From: the human T2T-CHM13v2.0 reference genome, Homo sapiens
DNA: 64,000 nucleotides
Direction: 5' to 3' (one strand)
NCBI RefSeq assembly: GCF_009914755.1
Contig: NC_060938.1
Part shown: positions 31,909 through 43,810 of the stretch, piece after piece
Position numbering within the stretch: the first letter of the stretch is position 1
Layout of the letters: the number at the start of each line of letters is the position of its first letter
Program-made: the position numbers and the translations under genes
The notes under the pieces: model-generated
Database searches by the model: none
Told to the model about the DNA's origin: nothing
Seen by the model: only the letters and a program-made list of their open reading frames with translations

Positions 31909-32914
31909 ACAATGAGAACACATGGACACAGGGAGGGGAACATCACACACTGGGGCCTGTAGCAGGGTGGGGGCTTAGGGGAGGGATAACATTAGGAGAA
32001 ATACCTAATGTAGGTGATGGGTTGACGGGTGCAGCAAACCACCATGGCAAGTGTATACCTATGTAACAAACCTGCACGTTCTGTACTTGTACCCCAGAAC
32101 TTAAAATATAATAAAAACAAAACAAAAAAATCCCTTAAGGAATTATTTATAAGATGCAAAAAGTAGACAATGAAGGACACTCATTCTAGGAGGTTCCTTT
32201 GAAACCAAAGCAGCCATAGTGTGTTGAATTATCAATGTTGCCCTGAAAACTAAAGAGACTGTGTACTGTTTTGGAGCATCAGTCAGAGATGTTAGGAAAT
32301 GTCCATTACAGAATATTTCTTTACCAATTAGCTGTACCAGAAAAGCTACAAATGGTAGTTCTCAAGTAATAAAAACCTCTTTTATAAAATGTAAATATGT
32401 TGGGTTTGCAAAGCTGGTTCTATTCATCAGGATGATATTGCAGAATTTACGATTTGCTTTCATTGTCACACCAGCATTATTAGCTATTACCTATTTAGAA
32501 AATACTGTTTTATTTGCTTTGAGAACTGAATGCAAGATTAAAAAAAAAATCTTAAAGAATGATAGAAAAACTGAAGAAACAAAAGGAAAAACAGTAGAGC
32601 CCACTCTGACAGTATCGACATCATGATTTCAGCCTTGGTTCAGTTCTTGCATTCCCTCAAAACATATGCACCACAGAAAAGCCTGAGCAGACGTTGTTAG
32701 AATCCCAGCTTTTCATATAAGAAAACTAAAGATAAATTCATAAAGTAAAACTGGCTCACCTACTTTAAGGAATTGTCTGATGACCAAAGAATTAATTCCT
32801 TGTTATAAAAATGGCATTTTTTAGCAAGAGTCTCAAATTTCACAACAGATCATGCTACCAACACAGCTACTACACAGCTATTTAATCTCAGAAACGTTAT
32901 ACCAGCAATCTGGG

Positions 32915-35900
32915 TTTTTTTTTTTTCATTTTTAAAATAGAGTTTAATTTTTTAGTTTTGATACATGTATAGAGGTTAAATTTTTAGTTTTGATACATTG
33001 CATACATTGTGGAATGATCAATCAGGCTAAGTAACATATCCATCACCTCAAATATTTATCATTTTGGGGGTGAGAACATTTTAAATTGTTAGTTATCTTT
33101 AAATACACAATACACTATTATTAACTCTATGTTGTGCAATAGATCACCAGAACTTATTTCTCCTGTCTGACTGAAATTCAGGTCCCTTTCACTAATGTCT
33201 TTCCTTTCCCCGTCAATCTCCCCTTACCCCCCCAACCTCTGGGAACCACCATTCTGATCTATACTTCTACAAGTTTGACTTTCTTAGATTCCTCGTACAA
33301 GATTATACTTGTCTTTCTGTGTCTGATTTATTTTACTTAGCATAAAGCTGGTTCTATCCTCTAGGTTCACCCATGTTGTCAAAAATGAGAGAATTTTCTG
33401 GTTTTTTGAGGCTGAATTGTATTCTATTGTATATATAGGTTTTTTAAAAATCTATTCCTTCACTGTTGGGCAAGTTGATTGTTTTCATTTCTTAGCTATT
33501 GTAAGTAATGTTGCAGTGAGCATGGGAGTGCAGACATCTCTTTGACATATTAATATTAGTCCCTTTGACTATAAACCAGAAGTGCAATTACTAGGTCTTA
33601 TGGTGATTCTGTTTTTAGTTTTTTTGAAGAACCTCCATATTGTTTACCAAAATATGTGTACTAATTTACAATACCACCAACAGTGTACAAGGCTTCCCTT
33701 TTCTTCACATTTTTGACAAGCTTATTTATCATCTTTTTTATAATAACTAATCCAACAGGTGTGAAGTGATGTCTCATTGTGGTCTAATTTGGATCTCTGA
33801 TAAGAGATGTTGAGCATTTTTTCATATGTCTGTTGGCCTTTTGTATGTTTTCTTTTGAAAACTGTCTATTCAGATTCCTTTGCCAATTTTTGATAGAGTT
33901 ATTTGTTGTCCTAATATGGAGTAATTTGAGTTCCTTGTATATTTTGAATATCGGCCATTTATCCAATGTATAATTTGAAAATATTTTTATCAGTATGTAG
34001 ATTGTCCCTTCACTCTGTTGTTTCCTTTTTCTGTGCAGAAGCTTTTTAGCTTGATGCAATTCCAATTGTCTATTTTTGCTTTTGTTTACTATGCTTTTGG
34101 GATCTTTTCCAAAAAATCACTGGCCAGATCAATGTCATAGAGCTTTTACCTTATATTTTCTTCTAGTAGTTTTACAGTTTCGGGCCTTATATTTAAGTCT
34201 TTAATTCATTTTGAGTTGACTTTTGTAGAAAGAGTGAGATAAGAGTCTAATTTCATTCTCCTGTATGGAGATACCCCATTTTCCCAAAACTTACTGAAGA
34301 GATTCTCTTTGTCCCACTGTGTGTTCTTGGAACCTTTGTCACAAATCAACTGACCATAAATGTGTGGGTTTATTTCTGGGCTCTATATCCTATTCTATTG
34401 TTTCATGTGTTTGTTTTTATGCCAGTACCATATGGTTTTTATAATTATAGCTTTGTAGTATATTTTGAAATCTGTAGTGTGTTGCCTCCAGCTTAGTTCA
34501 TTTTTGCTCAAGATGGCTTTGGCTATTTTGGATCTTTTGTGGTTTAATATTAATTTTAAGATAGTTTTTTCTATGTTCGTGAATAATGACATTGGAATTT
34601 TGTAAGGTATTACATCTGTAGATTTATTTAGGTAGTGTAGACATTTTAACAATATTAATTATTCCAATCCAAGAATATGAGTTTTTTTATTTATTTGTGT
34701 CATCAATTTATTTCATCGATGTTTACAATTTTCAGTGTATAGATCTTTTACTTCCTTGGTTAAATTTACTTTTAAGCATTTTTCTTATGCTGCTACAAAT
34801 GGAATTGTTTTCTTTACTTCTTTTTTAGGTATTTCTTATTAATGTATAGAAGTATTACTGACTTTTGTAAGTTGATTTTGTAACCTGCAACTTTATTGAA
34901 TTTTTTATTTCAAATAGTTTTACAGTAGAGTCTTTAAGATTTCCCACATTACAAGATCATGTCATCAGCAAACAGAGACAATTACATAATTATTTTATAC
35001 TTAGATGCAATTTATTTATTTCTCTTGCCTAATTGCTCTGGCTAAGATGTCCAGTAGTATGCTGAATAGAAGTGGTGAGAGTGGGCATCCTTGCCTTATT
35101 ACTGATCTTAGAAGAAAAGCCTTCAACTATTCAATTGTTGGGTATGTTGTTAGCTGTGGGCTTGTCATTACTGTTTTGAGATACAGTCCTTCTATATTTT
35201 ATTTGTTGAGAGTTTTAATCTTGAAAGACTGTGGAATTTTGTCAAATGCTTTTTCTGCATCTATTGAGAGGATCACATGGTTTTTGTCCTTCATTCTGTT
35301 AATATGGCAAATCATGTTTATTGATTTGCGTACGTTGAGCCATCCTTGCACCCCATGGATAAATCTTACTTGATCTTGATTAATGATCCTTTTAATATAC
35401 TGTGGAATATATTTTCCGAGTATTTTATTGAGGATTTTTGCTTCTATGTTCATTAGTGATATTAGCCTGTAGTTTCCTTTTCTTGCCGTGTCTTTGCCTG
35501 GCTTTGGTATCAAAGTGATGCTGACCTTGTAAACTGAGTTTGGAAGTATTCCTTCTGGTTCAAATTTTCGGAAGTGTTTGAGAAAGATTGGCATTAATTC
35601 TTCATATATTTCGTAGAATTGAGCCAAATAGCCTCCTGTTCCTGGGCTTTTCTTTGATAGAAAACCTTTAATTACTAATTAAATCTCCCTACTCTGTATT
35701 GGTCTGTTCAGATTTCCTATTTCCTTGTGATTCAGTCTTGGTAGGTTATATGTTTCTAGGAATTTGTGAATTCCTTCTACGTTGTCCAATTGGTTGTAAT
35801 ATATTTGGCCATAGTAGTCTCTTATGATTCCTTGTATTTCTGTGTTATCTCTTGTAATATCTTCTCTTTCATTTCTGATTTTGAGTCTTCTTTTTTTTCT

Positions 35901-36018
35901 CTATTAAGGGTTTGTCCATTTTATTAAGCTTTTCCAAAAAAAAAGCCCCTCAATTTTATTGATCTTTTGTATTTTTTTTCTAGTGTCTATTTTATTTATT
36001 GCTTCTCTGATCTTTGTT
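32915..36018 (-). mobile_element. 5'-truncated L1MA-type LINE (RT region plus 3' UTR)
   Basis: Minus-strand ORF fragments match ORF2 ([42 protein letters not shown]); poly-T and L1MA 3' UTR at the left end. Confidence 0.9.
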
Positions 36019-37164
36019 TTAGATAAACTAGAAAAACAGAACTACTATCCAGATAATGTTAATTAAACATCCTCTTGAGCTGTGCAAAAACAAAAATTTC
36101 TATTCTATAGTACTGGGATCCACAGATGCACTTAAGAATAAGAATATGAGAGATGGAAAGCCCTCAGATACATTCCTAAGAGCAGATAGGAGGTCAAGCA
36201 TCTTGACATAAAAATTGAATTATAAAATTTAGAACCTTCATATTAGTTGTTCATGACATAAAGCAAGCATATCAACAGAGTAGAATTCAGCACTGAATTT
36301 CAGTTGCTACAGATTGAAGACTGAAAGTGATATGATTTCAAACCTACACAAAAATATATAAAGCTGATGTCTAATCAGAGTGCTTTGATAATTCTGAGAT
36401 TTCCAGTTCTCACTTATGGTCAAATGCAGAGTTCCCTAGGGAATTAATCAGAAAAGAACCAAATGTGTGGGTCATTTTTGCTGGGCTGGCTCATAGACTG
36501 TGCTGACAGTTCAACAAAAGAGGTAACTTGCATGATTAACAAAATCACTCTGCTCCATTTCTGTAAATTTAGCCAGAAAGACTCACTGGTTTTTAAAGAA
36601 GAGGATTAAGATATTTCAAGACAAGTGAGAAACATGAAGAAAAATTTCCTGTGTCCAACCAGACATAATAAACATCATAATTGGTAGCAGCATGTTAAAT
36701 TATCCTTAATCATGAAAATTAACTTATATTATGCATTCTTCCCATTTTGTATCTTTCAAATTACTTTAATTAGCACCAGTAGTATTTTTCTCTTAATCGC
36801 TTTCATGAAAATGAAGATTATCTTTTAAAAAAGTCTATTACACTGAGTTATCTTAAATCCCCAACCATATTTTATATGTTAGGCAAATATTAACTTGATT
36901 TATAAACATCAAATAATCCTTATTTTCCTCTTTATTTTAAAGGATTTTATAGAGTTTCCTGATAACTAGTATTATTTTCTTCTCAGACTGACTTTATATC
37001 TCAGTATTTTGGAAATTAAAATGTTTATTTCTATTACCCCCATGGATTTGATATCCTCACATATTCATGCTAGATAAATTGCATATTTTTAGGTATTGCC
37101 ATATTTTCTAGATAGGAAATATCTGGTCATCTTTTCACACACAAAAGAGAAATTATGTGTGAAC

Positions 37165-37334
37165 TAATGTTTTTCAAAACACGGTACACTGGCATCAGAG
37201 TACTTGTTGCAAATACAAACTGCAGGCTCCACTGCAGATCTACTGAAAAGAAGTTAGCAGGAGAGCAGGCGCCTGTATTTTTAATAAGCTCCTCAGGAGA
37301 ATTCTTATGTACACTCAAGTGCATAAAAATGCTG
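37165..37334. mobile_element. MER5-type hAT-Charlie MITE
   Basis: CTTGTTGCAAATACAAACTGCAGGCTCCAC...AGATCTACTGAA...TGTATTTTTAATAAGCTCCTCAGGAGAATTC. Confidence 0.6.
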
Positions 37335-38159
37335 GAGACAGATATCTGGAATACGCAGATTTAATTTTAAATATTTTTTTACAACAATCTGCATTGAAAT
37401 GACAAATTTAAAGTGTAGAGTGGGAATTTTTTTTAAGAGAAATCTACTTTATAAGGAGTTTGGAGTAGCGTCCCAGTTCTCTTACAGAACCAGAATGAGT
37501 AAAATTAGTAAATCAGCCAAAAACAGTGCAGGTCAGTTGAACCTTGGAGAGGGAAAGAAAAATAAAACAGGGAGTGAGCAGAATTGCAGAATAGTTAGAA
37601 TTCTCTTCAGTTTAAGAGAAATAGTTTCTAGGGCATTATGGGAATTAAAGATCAATGCTGTTCTGCCCATATACCATTCCTGGTTGCTCCATGTATAGGA
37701 CCTTCACATTATCAAAATAATGTCATGATGAAATGCACAAGCAAATAAAATGGCAATTAGAGGAGAAGCCCCACTTATTTTAGGTAGGATGTTTGATAAA
37801 CATTTGCTGAGGCTGAGCCAAAATAAGGACATCAGGAAAAAAATATGAGTGATGTAGAAAATCATTAACTTGAGCCTGCCTACCTAAAAAAAGAGAGAGA
37901 GCTTTATTCCAGGAACTGCTGAGTTGCTATTTCTAGTGATTATTCCAGTGGGTTTCAGTATTAAACAATTAATTATGCCCCTATATATGCATGTTGTCTC
38001 ACCTGGTTAACTCATTGGCTTCAAGTTTCCCATTCCCTCTGCTCCACAGAAGCCCAGGCAGCTTGCTGTTTGATGGCTCTCCTCCCTGCCCTTAAGTCTC
38101 AAGAGTAAGAAGCTAGCCACAGTATTATAAACATTGGTCCATTTATTTAGGCAGGTAGC

Positions 38160-39360
38160 CTTTATTACCATGTTTTATTTTCTGTGAATTTTTTTTATCA
38201 AAGTAATACACGTACACTTTTAAAGTCTAACTATAATGAAAAACAATTCTCTTCCTCACCTCCCCTTTTCCTGAATCCCTCTCTTCTAAAATTTTTGGCT
38301 GTTTTTTTTTTCTGACACTAACCCACCTGGTTATAAAGTTATACTCCCATTTCTTATCGACTTAAGACATTAACAATTTTATAGTATTATGTATGAAGAA
38401 GATTTAAACTTTCACTTACTAGCTCTATTTTAGTGCCAGCCTCTCTTGCTCTCCTGCTATGCTTTGGGTGTCCTTCAGTATGGAGCCTCTAGTTCAATTT
38501 CTCCACCAAATAAACCTCTCTTCTCTTGCAGGGGTGAACGAGGCAGCTGTTTCACTGTACATTGCGGGGGTCCATCCCGCAGACCCTGACCCAACGACGG
38601 ATGAGTAACGTACACTGACACAGATACTCCACTTGTCAGTCCGGCTGAAAGTCCGGGCGGCTTACAGACTCCAAGTAGAGTGCTGTAAAGAGTCAGCAGC
38701 CACGGACTGGACTCGCTGGCTCTCTGGGTATTTATTTAGCACACATTAAATGACAAAAGTCTTAAGTAAACAGCAGTAGAAGGTAATTACCATTGCTGAC
38801 CCCGGAGTAGAGAGCAATCACGCACGCACAGCTAGTCAAAGGTTAGTCTTAGGACTACATGAGTAAACAAGCTATTTAGATAGACTCCTGTACATTCCTA
38901 TGTTAATTACCCGGGCTATAGCTCAAAGAGGATTAGGCTGCCTTCAGCCATAACTTTATCCTGAGGCTTTTGCAAAAACCTTTGGCCTTCCAAGAAGGTT
39001 TATTTTTATTTTACAATTTTCCCCACCATCCTGACTGAACCCCTACAGTACAGGTTTAGGGAGGGGCTTGGGGGGAAAATGTCTTGCAAACACTTTCAAT
39101 TCATCCTTCTCATTTGAGTCCACGTCCCATCCCACGCCAGCCAAACCTGGTACACTCCAATGTACCTGCCTGGCTTTGCTTTGGTGTTCTCTTCCTAGCT
39201 CATACCATTTACTGACTTCTAAAACATATGTTGTCATTTCCTATCCAATATTTTGTTGGCTTATACCATATTTATTTTCGTACTCCCACTTTACCCAGAT
39301 TTAAGAAAGGGGCTGAGATAAATGCATATGTGCAGTACACCACAGTTAAACTCAAATCTT
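38160..39360 (-). mobile_element. Ancient HAL1/L1ME-like remnant interrupted by LTR22
   Basis: TTTTATCAAAGTAATACACGTAC-type 3' end at left; degenerate HAL1-like 5' end near 39300-39360. Confidence 0.35.
38563..39047 (-). mobile_element. LTR22 solo LTR (HERV-K22/HML-5)
   Basis: Minus strand begins TGTAGGGGTTCAGTCAGGATGGTGGGGAAAATTGTAAAA and ends GGACCCCCGCA; 6-bp TSD GTACAT/GTACAG; CpG-rich relative to flanks. Confidence 0.88.
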
Positions 39361-41242
39361 CTGAATAGTATAATCCCTCAATTGTGTCAACAGGTCACTT
39401 ATGTATAAACTAAGAGTCGCTAGTTTCTGTTTTGGTTTGGTTTAATCTCATAAAACATATTCTTATTGTTTGAATTTTGATAATGTGATGAGGCTACAGT
39501 AAAAACAGGCATTCTCATATTCGTCATGGTCGTGTAAATTGGTACAAGTTTTTTGGAAAACAATTTAGCAGTATGTATTTAAAAGCCTTTAAAATGCTAA
39601 GTCTCCTGGACCCAGTAAAATCCCACTTCCAAAAATCTGTTCTAAGGAAAGAATCTTAAAAATAAGAAAACTATGCACAAAGATATTTATTATGTACATA
39701 TTCTGAAAGGATAAAATAAGGGATAATCTCATACTAACAGTAAGAAAATGGCCAAGTAAGGAAAGGCATAAACACCCAATAGAATAGACAGATATTTTAA
39801 AATGTTGTTTACAAAGACTGAAAACAATGAATTTGGCAACTAGGCTAAAGGCCCACTCAAAATATTTCTAGGCTTTAGTGAGAAAGGTTTCTTCAAATAT
39901 TGAACAAAACCTTGGAAATCGGTTTATTGAAGATGTGTTTATACGTTATTAGTATGTTAAAGCTGTTATTTGGTCTTGGATAAGAATTATTCAGTATTTA
40001 AAATATCTTCTAGGAACTAATTCTTAGAAAATTATAAGCTATGTTTTACAAAAGAAAATCCAAGTATTTAAAAAACACAAGGCAGTTCAGTTCAAAACGA
40101 GTTGGGGTGTATTGGAATCAGTAGAACTTATTTTTATAGCAGTACTAAATAGCTTCTGAATGTCTGTTTTGATAATGACACATGAATATTCTTACTCCAG
40201 GGGATAGCGAAACTAATTATTTGGGAACATTGGTGTTTTGAATTTATGCCAGGATTCTCTTTTTTGAGAATAATGAAAACCACTACATATAAATTAACCC
40301 ATTTGTTCACATCATTTCTCACAGATACAGGGATGGAGCAAGTAGTTTCCCAAGTTTATAATTAGTGAGCTATGAAGAATATTTAGCATGTTGTTGAAAT
40401 CTGTTTATAAAACTCAGCTCTCCTGTGCTCTAAATCAATTGTTCTTTGCTCTAGCCTTGTCATTTTATTATTGTGAAAAGGATCTCTCAACTGTGATCAA
40501 CTGTACTGCTGAAGAGTTTAACCTCTCATTTCCTGGTAATGATTTTAGAGTATTTTTTTCATAACCTACAGTGAGCCTGAAGCAAATGAGAACATTAATG
40601 ATCAATTATGTTGTTTGAACAAAGTTTATCATTGAAATTCAATGACTGAAGTCATTGTGACAACATTACTTTAAATGAATCTGAATGGCTTAATGACCTA
40701 TGTCAGAATGAAGTATCACTATATATCATTAGTATCATCTTACCAGTGCTAAGAAAATAACTAGTGAGATGTTTTATGGTAAATGACTGTCTGGAAAGAT
40801 TGTTTATTTTAAAATGTATTAAAAAAAAGTTTGTCCTTCTTGATTACTACAGACGACTTCAGTCAAACTAATAACATTTATTTCATTGTCTAAGATGAAA
40901 ATTTGACCCATAATTAGTATTGTACCTTAAATAATCCTCCAGTGTATACAGAATTCCATTTTAATGACTGCCATCATACCATTTCATTCTATGTGATCAC
41001 TATTTTCATTTCCCAGATAAAAGACTCAATTAATACTACTTTGATGCTATAAATATAATACATTCTATTAAATGAAAGCCCTATAAAATACATGTTCTTG
41101 TAAATTCCTGTCTATATGTCTGTTGGAAATAGCATCTTTTTCATTCAGTATTAATGTGCATATGTACAATAAATTTGTATGAATGTGAATTTTAGGTTAT
41201 TTTTCTGCATTATGAATATTTTCTTATATTAAGAGATGCTGG

Positions 41243-41582
41243 GGACGGAAGCACTGGCTCACATCTGTAATCCCAGCACTTTGGGAGGCAGAGATGGGCA
41301 GATCATCTGAGGTCAGGAGTTCAAGACCAGCCTGGCCAACATGGTGAAATCCTGTCTCTACTAAAAATACAAAACTAGCCAAGCGTGGTAGCACATGCTT
41401 GTAATCCCAACTACTCAAGAGGTTGAGACAGGAGAATCACTTGAACCTGGGAAGCGGAGGTTGCAGTGAGCCTAGATCACGCCATTGCACTCCAGCCTGG
41501 GAGACAGAGCCAGACCCCATCTCACACACACACACACACAAAAAAAAAAGAGAGAGAGAGAGAGAGAGACAGAGAGAGACAT
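41243..41582 (+). mobile_element. AluSx/Sz-like with (CA)n-An-(GA)n tail
   Basis: Dimeric Alu; TSD AGAGATGCTGG (41232-41242, 41583-41593). Confidence 0.95.
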
Positions 41583-41756
41583 AGAGATGCTGGTACTTTG
41601 AAGAGTGTGGATGGAACTGTAATAGGAATTGGGTCCTGAATGGATTCCCTTCTTATGTGTGCCAATAGCAATACAGTTATGTTTGACTCAACCGTGTGGT
41701 AATTTGAGAAAGAAAAAGAAAAGAAACATGTAACTTTAGGTTACCCCCAAACTTAC

Positions 41757-41795
41757 CAGAAATGTGGGCATGTTCCCTTACTAAATATCAAGTCC
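41757..41795 (-). other. Candidate 39-nt internal exon of an unidentified minus-strand transcript
   Basis: Minus strand reads TTTTCTTTCCTTTTTCACCTTACCACAG|GGAC...TTTCTG|GTAAGT; one frame is open; splice motifs only, no transcript evidence. Confidence 0.3.
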
Positions 41796-42279
41796 CTGTG
41801 GTAAGGTGAAAAAGGAAAGAAAATTGCCTTGAGAATAAAATTGAGGCCTGTAATTCCATTGTGTTACCAGTTGTCAACTTTCTGTAGTACAAGCTTGTTT
41901 AAAAGGAAAGATTAAAATGTCCATATTCACAAATCGCCAATACATTTGGAAAAAGATGTCAAATTGTATTAGAAATATATTCAAACATATGTATTCTCTT
42001 CTTTGAATACTCTAATCAAATACTCAACTCCTTTAACAGTTTTTCTTGATATGTTTTTTTCTCCCAAAAATATTATTGCTCGATTTTCAGAATTCCCGTA
42101 GGATTTTGTACTTAGTTAATTTTCCACAAGGATCTCTCTATTGTGTAATGGTTTTTCTTCATGATTATTTCTTCTACCAAGCCAGGAGCTCTTTAAAGAC
42201 TGAGACTATCTTACTTATCTTTATACTCCAGGTGAAAGTCATAGGAACAATTAATTCTAAATGTTTTAAAATCATCAAA

Positions 42280-43810
42280 TTTTATCAACAAATATTTATT
42301 GATTCCCTACTATTTTGTAATGAATAAGATAAATCCCTTCATGGAATTTACATACTAATGTAAAGTGACAGACAAATAAACAAATATCTCTTCTATGAAA
42401 AATAAAACTAGTTTGAGGATATAGAAAGTGATGAACAGGTGTTGTTTTAGGTAGAATAGACATGGAAAGCCTTTCTGGATTGGTGATTAGATTGGAGTGA
42501 ATATCTCAGTGAATAAGAGAGTGCCATTGGGTGGAGATGACAAAGATTCTCTCCTTGGACAAACTCTAGACAAGCTTCTCTGAGGCCTCTTCTTGACTAG
42601 ACCTCAACCTTATCCCATAAAACCTGCAGACTCTCAGTACAAATTATTTTCATCTACTGCATCCCATCCCCTATATACGCACACTGTTTAAGAGACTTGA
42701 ACAAACATCAGTATAGTTTCTAACAGCTCAAGACCACATCACTAGGGTGATGACTTCCCCCTTAAGTGCCTGCCTGAAAACACTCAATGCTGCCAGGAGA
42801 ATTTACTATTCTTTCCAGCCAAAACCTGGTAATAGGCAAATAGGCCCTAACCTTCTCTTAGAGCAGTTACTTTAGAAAGCTTGCAATTAGAAATATTTTT
42901 CCTACCCCTTTAGGCAGTAAATCTACTACCCCAGAGAACTGTCTTCTCAAGGACCTAAGAGCTGTTTCTTTGACATGCAATCATTCACTGAGATCACTTT
43001 CTCCCTTGTTCTCACTGTGGGAAAGTACTTAACTTTGCTTAACTTGCACCACTGCCTACTGTCATAAAGATATGAGAAGTTTGTTTCTCTTATGGGTAAG
43101 ATCTAATTAGCACACCCAGTTGATGGGCCAAACACCTTAAGACCCCCAAGAGTCTTTCCCTTAGTCCACTCCAGTCTTTAAATGTCTCCTGCTTTTTGTT
43201 TCGGTAAAGTTGAGTTGAGTTTAGGTCATGCTGGGCCCTCTTCCCTATTGCAGTAGTCATTTCTGAATAAAATAATTCCTTGTTGCTTTAGCCAGTGTCT
43301 GGTTTTGTTTATCTTTACAGGGTTGTATATGGGGAATCATCTCTTAGGCTGACAGAAAAGCTCTCAGGTTGAAGTTTGCGTGGTGCTTTTGAGGAACATC
43401 AAGGAGGCCAGTGAGGCTAAAGCACAAAAGGAGGAGGACAGAGCTGTGGGGATAAGACCAGAGAGTGCAGGGGCACGTATGCCCTGGTTAGAGCTTCGGG
43501 TTTTACCTGAGTGAGATGGAAAGCACTGGAGGATCGTGAACAGGGTATATTGTAATCCGATTTACTTTACAAGAATTGCTTTGAATAAGGAATAGACAAA
43601 AGATGAGTGGAGAGCTATTGGCAAAAAAATGGAAAGAATAAGGCCAATTAGGAGGTGATGGCAACGTCCAAAAGAGAAATAGCATTGCTTTGGCCAAGAT
43701 GGTGATGGTGGTGAAAGCGTTGAGAAGCAGTCAGACTCCATATAGATGTTGAAGGAAAAGCTGGCAAAATTTGCTATGTGAGTATCAAGCAATAGGTTCA
43801 GCAAAAGAAA
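42280..43810 (-). mobile_element. L2 (L2a-like) 3' region split by an ERV1 LTR
   Basis: CAACAAATATTTATTGA antisense L2 end; GAGGAACATCAAGGAGGCCAGTGAGGCT and TGAGTGAGATGGAAAGCACTGGAGG motifs. Confidence 0.75.
42538..43319 (+). mobile_element. ERV1 solo LTR (MER67C-like, MER31/67 group)
   Basis: Start TGACAAAGATTCTCTCCTTG; CCCTATTGCAGTAGT..GAATAAA polyA signal; end TTTATCTTTACA. Confidence 0.8.

Noticed and set aside
32261-32626. 121-aa ORF in unique DNA
   Set aside because: Starts at GTG, has no recognisable homology, AT-rich non-coding composition and no convincing splice sites
38050-38104. Possible plus-strand 55-nt exon (CCACAG|...AGA|GTAAGA)
   Set aside because: Modest donor, no supporting partner exon, and it overlaps a better minus-strand candidate
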